Assembly: GCF_000143415.4 (NCBI RefSeq)
Contig: NW_003314317.1
Span: 1,231,150 to 1,295,149, forward strand
Source of the DNA: Selaginella moellendorffii
Taxonomy: Eukaryota; Plantae; Lycopodiophyta
Reading direction: 5' to 3'
Length of the DNA: 64,000 nucleotides
Positions 58,519-64,000 of this stretch are shown here, piece by piece (position 1 is the stretch's first letter; each line of letters starts with the position of its first letter). A model generated the notes under the pieces. The model worked only from the letters and a program-made list of their open reading frames with translations, had not been told where the DNA came from and did no database searches. A program made the translations under genes and the position numbers.

Positions 58519-61500
58519 TTACGCTGCCAGGCTCTTGGAGGCGATCTCAAACACATTCTCTGACAGGCCATCGGTTTTAGCAATGCGTTCCAGTTGAGCC
58601 TACAAGGACAAAGTCACACACATTTGAGAAGAGAAGACCTGGAAAACAAACACTGCTTAACCTTAGCCAGCGATTGTCTGCCTTCATCAAAGCGTTTCCA
58701 CCTCGACAATGACGATACCATTCGCGATGCCACCTGTGAGGACGAAGTTAAGATACGAAGAAAGTGTGCTTGCGAGTTACCTGAGGGTTCATTTTGTCCA
58801 ACTGCAAAGTCACCTCTGCCAGAAACTCGTAGCCAGAGCCATCTTTAGCGTGAAAGTTGACAGCGGTCCGACAGAAAGGACCGATCAAAGAATACACCTG
58901 TGTAGCAAGGGATGTTTTAGCTCCTGAGAAAGGTGATCTGAAACACGGAACCTTGTTTGGGTTCTTCATATCGAAGGACGGATGATCTAGCAATCGCCTC
59001 ATGTTCTTAACATTTCCAGGGATATCAGACATAGATTGTAACACCAGCCATTTGTTCACAACCTGCATGTTTTTGCTCAGTCTCCATGAAAAAAGAAGCA
59101 AAGGAAATTCTTACCAAAGTTTCGTCCTTCCACTGCTCGTAGAAGTTTGCCAAAGCTTCATCACGCACGTCCCCAGGATTCTGGCAAAGTGACGAGAGGG
59201 CTGCAAATTGATCTGTCATGTTTGTTGCGCTTTTGTATTCCTTCAAAGCAAGCTCAGTAGTGTCCGCCTCGTCCAGAGAGCAGAGGTAGCCTGCAAATCA
59301 CGCACTCAACTCTAAGAGAACAACTATCAAGGAAGCGACTCACCGAGAGCGAGGTTTTTTAAGGATCTCCTGGCTTTGTTTTTGTGATCGAATGTGTAGT
59401 GCGGATCAGAACTTCGGTTTTCAGTCACCTGCATCAGAAAACGGATGTCATGGCAGAAACAAACACGATAAGTCTATACTCACAGTTTTCAGGAAATCTT
59501 GCTTCAGTTTCGACGCAAGCTCTCTTATCACAAATTTTCGGACAGTATGTACTGCATCTGGATCTGCAACCTCCATCAAGTCCATCAGTTCGCTTTCTCC
59601 AGGAAGTGTTAGTGCCTTTGCCACAAATTCCTGTAATATGTCCGTCAGCTAGAGCCTAGAAGCATGAGAAAAACATGCCTTATCTAACGAGGAATCGTTG
59701 AGAATACTGCGCATGCCTTCCACAAATGCGGATGGAACCGCGAGCTGTTCGTTTCTTTGTGCTTTCGGAATAAGATCCAGCATAAGTTTTCTTCCCATCG
59801 TCTGTCCAGCCTCCCATCTGTTAAACTCGTCGGAGTCATGCGCGAGCAAAAAGAGCAAATCGTCATCCGTCACAGTCGGCGTCACAAGGCGCACGGGAGC
59901 ACTAAAGTTTCTTAGGAAAGATGGCACAGGTTTCTCAGGCAAATTGAGAAAAGTGAACTCTTGCTCTTCCTGCAAAAGTACACTGGTTAGAACACCAAAA
60001 CCAAACAAGATGCACCCTCACCTTATCAACAACAAGTACGGCTGTCTTTGCAGGTCCCCCCGCTGTGTCTTTCAATGACTTGAGTGATCCTCCATCAAGC
60101 AACTCGGTCAACACCATGTCTTCGCCTTTTGAATTTAGTAGACCCACAGCCAATGGTATTAACGTCGGCTCCTTCACAGGTTGCCCAGGTGTAGAAGGAA
60201 TTTCTTGCCTAAGGAGAAAACGCAGGAGAAATAAAGAATAGAAAGGCCACCTCTTACTTGCACTTTACAGTATAGCTACGAGCTGCAGCATCATACGCTG
60301 TCGAAACAGTAAGAATGGGTGTTCCAGCTTGAGAATACCTGTAAGAACATGGTCAGGCAGGTGAACACTTGTGCATTAGCTTACCATCTCAAGAAAACTG
60401 AAAGATTGGCGGAATTAGCGTCTCGCATAGCAGCAAAGAAATCCTCGCAAGTTACAGCTTGTCCGTCGTGGCGTTCAAAGTACAAGTCCATGCCCTGTGC
60501 AACACCGTCTGCAAAGATATAAGATACTGAACACAAACCTTCCGAAACCCATCTTTCCCAAGCAATGTTTGGTACATGCGAACGACTTCCGCACCCTTTT
60601 CATACACCTGTAGACATAGACGTAGAATTAAGACGCCTAACAATATCGTTTTCGAACTTCTTACCGTCACTACGTAAATATGAAGGACAGATAACAAAAT
60701 GTCAGTCGCGGGAAAACTACAATTCTAAAGCTCATACCCGTATAGAAGTTGTCCATCTGCAAATAAGCTCTTTTTTAGTAAGAGTTTTTGCAAATGAGGA
60801 GTACCTTAATGTAAGAATGCGGACGGACAGGGTGCGCCATGGGACCAGCGTCCTATTGCGGACAACAAGGTCAGTGTGATTTGAAGAGAAAGAAGAAGGA
60901 AAAAACCTCTGGTACCTCTGAGAATTGTGCTGTTCTGAGAAGAGCGACATCACCGATACGTTTGACAGGTCGAGAGCCCATATCAGAAGAAAACTCCTGT
61001 AACTTGGCATTTCAGTACACAAAGAAACCAACGCAAAAACTATACGCACCTGATCCCTGAAAACTGTAAGACCCTCCTTCAGACTCAATTGAAACCAATC
61101 ACGGCATGTCACCCTGTATTACATGACTATAGCTAAAGCAGTGACAATGCGACGACGTACCTATTCCCAGTCCAATTGTGGAAGTACTGCAAAGCAAACG
61201 TAGAGGTTAGTGGTTGTAGAACCTCTAATTCAGACCAACCTCATGACCGATCACACCCAAAATTGCCGCGTAGTCAACATCTGTAGCAGTTTCAGCAGAT
61301 GCCAGAACAAGTTTCGAGTTGAATATCTGATACGAATAGAAAAATTAAGTGAATACAACAGCAAAAAAGAGACTCACATTCAAGCTCTTGTTCTCCATAG
61401 CACCCCTACACCATGCATCAGTTACCAAAAACGAACAAAAACAACGGCATCTTACATGTTGAAATCGGGAACAGCGACAATGTTAAACAGGTCAAGATCA

Positions 61501-63049
61501 TACTCCAACCCATACACCTGTGCGAAGTTGAGATAAAAGAGACAGAGAGAGAAAAAAGACTTCTACTTACATCCTCATCCCACTTCATTGAAAGCTTGAG
61601 AGCATGCATAGCATGCTCTGTCTTTGGGACGTCTTGTGCAGGAGTCCAAATCCTCAGTTGAACATCCCTTCCTGAACGCGTTTTAAAAGTATCGTCTCTG
61701 GACGTGAGTTGCCCCGCTACCAAGGCAAAGAGGTAGCAAGGCTTTTTGAAAGGATCCTCCCACACAGCATAATGAAATCCATTCTGACCACAGCACGTCA
61801 GGCTCTACACAATGCCAGTGAAGAAACAATGCCAACCTCGAGGTCTCCGGAGTCTATAAGGTTGCCATTCGACAAAAGAACGGGATACTGTGCTTTGTCC
61901 GCTTCTATCCTGGTAGTGAACTTTGCCATAACGTCTGGCCGATCCTGTAATAGCTCGCCAGAATGTCAGCCAAACATTGTCACAAAAAAGACCTGGTAAA
62001 AGGTTATCTTTCTAAAACCTTCAGCTTCGCATTGTGTACAAAACATGCCGCTGGAAGACTTGTAGAGCCCCTGTTGGAGAAAAAAAAGTAACCATACTAA
62101 AAAAACTTGATCCCACTTACTTCGAGAGACAAGTTAGTCTCCGGGTGTATCTCAGAGCCAATCTCTAAATCAAAAGGCTGAACAGGAAGTGACTTCAACG
62201 TCAGATGACGGCTGGTCAGCTCAACTTCTTCCAGCTTCCGTTCTTCGCCGTTGATTTTAACAAAGAGAAGTTTCACGTCACGACCATCCAAAACCAATGG
62301 CGGGCTTTCACCTGCATGGCTTCTGGTTAATGACTACCAAGATAGCGAACGAAACAACGAAAGTGAAAAAGAAAATACTTGAGTTTCTCGGCAAAACCCG
62401 GATCTTAGACACCACGGTTGTCTTTTTCTCAGACAGAACAAATTTCAGCTCGACCTGGGTGGAAAAAACGAAATCAGCATCCAAGTAGTACGGTGCGTTA
62501 CCGTGTCAAAGTGATAGCCAGTGGGCTTGTAATCCTTCAAAAAAATCTCCTTGGGAGCCTCCTTGACAGCCATCTCTTCAGCTACAGGAGAAGCTCCAAC
62601 ACTCACTGTGGAGAATTGGCTAGACCCTGCAAAAGCACGCTACAGTTCACGACATGTGTTAGTCCGTAAGCTTCACGAAAATGAAAGAAAAAAAAAGTAC
62701 CGGCAATTTCAATCGGCTTCCACGCACGCAACCAAGTTCCTACAGTTTTTGTTCGAAGATGAGAACCATAAACAATGCTTGCAACATCTACCTTGAATTT
62801 CGAAGACAAGGCAAACGTGGAACTGGATTTACAGTACCGAGTGAAGCTCCTTGCCTGCAAAAGCAAGTAGCAAATTAGAGGAAGTAAAATTGACATGAAA
62901 AGGAAGAACCGAGAGAGAACAAAAAGAAGAATCTGAAGCAAGAAGAAATAAAGCACCGGGAAAGCTCTGGTGGCTAATGACAGTCGCGAGGAGACGGCCA
63001 AGACGAAACTAAGCCCTGGTCTCTGGCAAGGCGCCACGACGGTGGCCAT
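58519..63049 (-). CDS. M1-family aminopeptidase N (PepN-type/puromycin-sensitive) with a transit-peptide-like N-terminus, many exons
   Basis: [80 protein letters not shown], and C-terminal [11 protein letters not shown]. Confidence 0.95.
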
Positions 63050-63731
63050 TTCTCCTCTAAAACCCCTAAAATCCAAAGACACAACACAGGCAGCTCCATT
63101 CTTTTAGAATCTCTACTGCTGGAGATCATCAAAGCACGAATGCGCTGCGCACAAAATCGCGAAAAACCTCACCCGATCGGCGCCTACGCCCAGCGCCTCG
63201 AGCAAATATTATCGCTCGCCTCTTTTAGGTCAACACGGCACTAAAAGTTAGCGAGGTATCTAAGGATTAAAAGTTACCAAGGATTTCAAAGTTACTACTC
63301 GTGGCCCCGCGACCAAGACTGATTGGTTTAATCTTCCTTTGCCTGACAGAAAGGATCGATCACCTCATTGATAAGATGATTTCATTCAAGAACAGACCGA
63401 GCCTGGTCTTAGGAACATTGTTTTCTCCACGACTTCCGGGAAGTACTGGACAATCTGCTATGGCCAGTTCACACAGAGCACCTTATGGAAACTGCTACTG
63501 AGCCTTACACTGCCCATCTCTATGCTTGTCCCGGCTCCAGTTGCACTGCTCTACTTGCAAAACAGAAGAACACGAGTAACGAGCTCATCGATTCCATCTC
63601 GGGAGTTCCATGGCAGTTCACGTTCCCAGAGCTAGTGCTAACTTTAGAAGGATGAGACGAAGACTAAAAAGCAAGCTATCATCAAAGTGCTTATAGCATC
63701 AGGGCTCCTATATATTATTTATAAAAAAAAG

Positions 63732-63765
63732 GACCTCCCGGGAAGTTCAAATTTAGGAGTTTACA
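63732..63765 (+). repeat. 3'-terminal fragment of a Cassandra-type LTR (5S box C part)
   Basis: GACCTCCCGGGAAGTTCAAATTTAGGAGTTTACA versus 12252-12285 GACCTCCCGGGAAGTCCAAATTCAGGAGCTTACA. Confidence 0.75.
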
Positions 63766-64000
63766 CTACCCTAAACTTAGAAATAACCATTGCTTGGCAC
63801 GATCTGTACAAAAAAGACTTCAATAAAAGCAAAAAAATATTAATTTATATATAAACACAAAAAGGAATATCTTGTGATAAATTAGTCCATTGCCGGCCTG
63901 TCATTAAATTTGTCTGGAAGGCAATAAAAAAAGAAATGATGGTTGATTGCAGTTGGGATGTTATCTAATATAACATTTCTGAATAAAAAAAAAATTAAAA

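Noticed and set aside
63400-63700. Coding-like fragment upstream of the aminopeptidase
   Set aside because: Too short, with no start or splice structure and no recognisable family.

Overview
Eukaryotic nuclear DNA from a compact land-plant genome. The ~45-60-bp introns, PLS-class PPR gene and flagellar gene CFAP77 suggest a lycophyte such as Selaginella; this is an inference. Layout: (i) 1-1816, the 5' part of a minus-strand Ty3/gypsy LTR retrotransposon whose gag and pol frames are joined by an intact -1 frameshift signal (GGGAAAC plus an H-type pseudoknot). (ii) 1.9-11.1 kb, a gene block: SKIP24-like F-box, a Crinkler-like nuclease/kinase-fold gene, metallothionein-like and AAA-ATPase pseudogenes, serine racemase and a CoA-dependent acyltransferase-like gene. 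(iii) ~11.7-33 kb, a nest of LTR elements resolvable by TSDs, including 5S-rRNA-bearing Cassandra-type LTRs. (iv) 33.9-34.8 kb, a TIR element. (v) 34.9-63 kb, conserved genes: membrane protein, aspartyl-tRNA synthetase, CFAP77, glutaminyl cyclase (cut by a 700-N gap), NT-C2 protein, SMU1, PPR and aminopeptidase N. This last block contains a tandem PPR-aminopeptidase duplication with reciprocal decay and two more nuclease/kinase-fold copies between the duplicates. The best candidates for new biology are the nuclease/kinase module that repeatedly abuts duplication breakpoints, the frameshift pseudoknot, the Cassandra-type LTRs and a possibly dual-targeted cytosolic-type AspRS.
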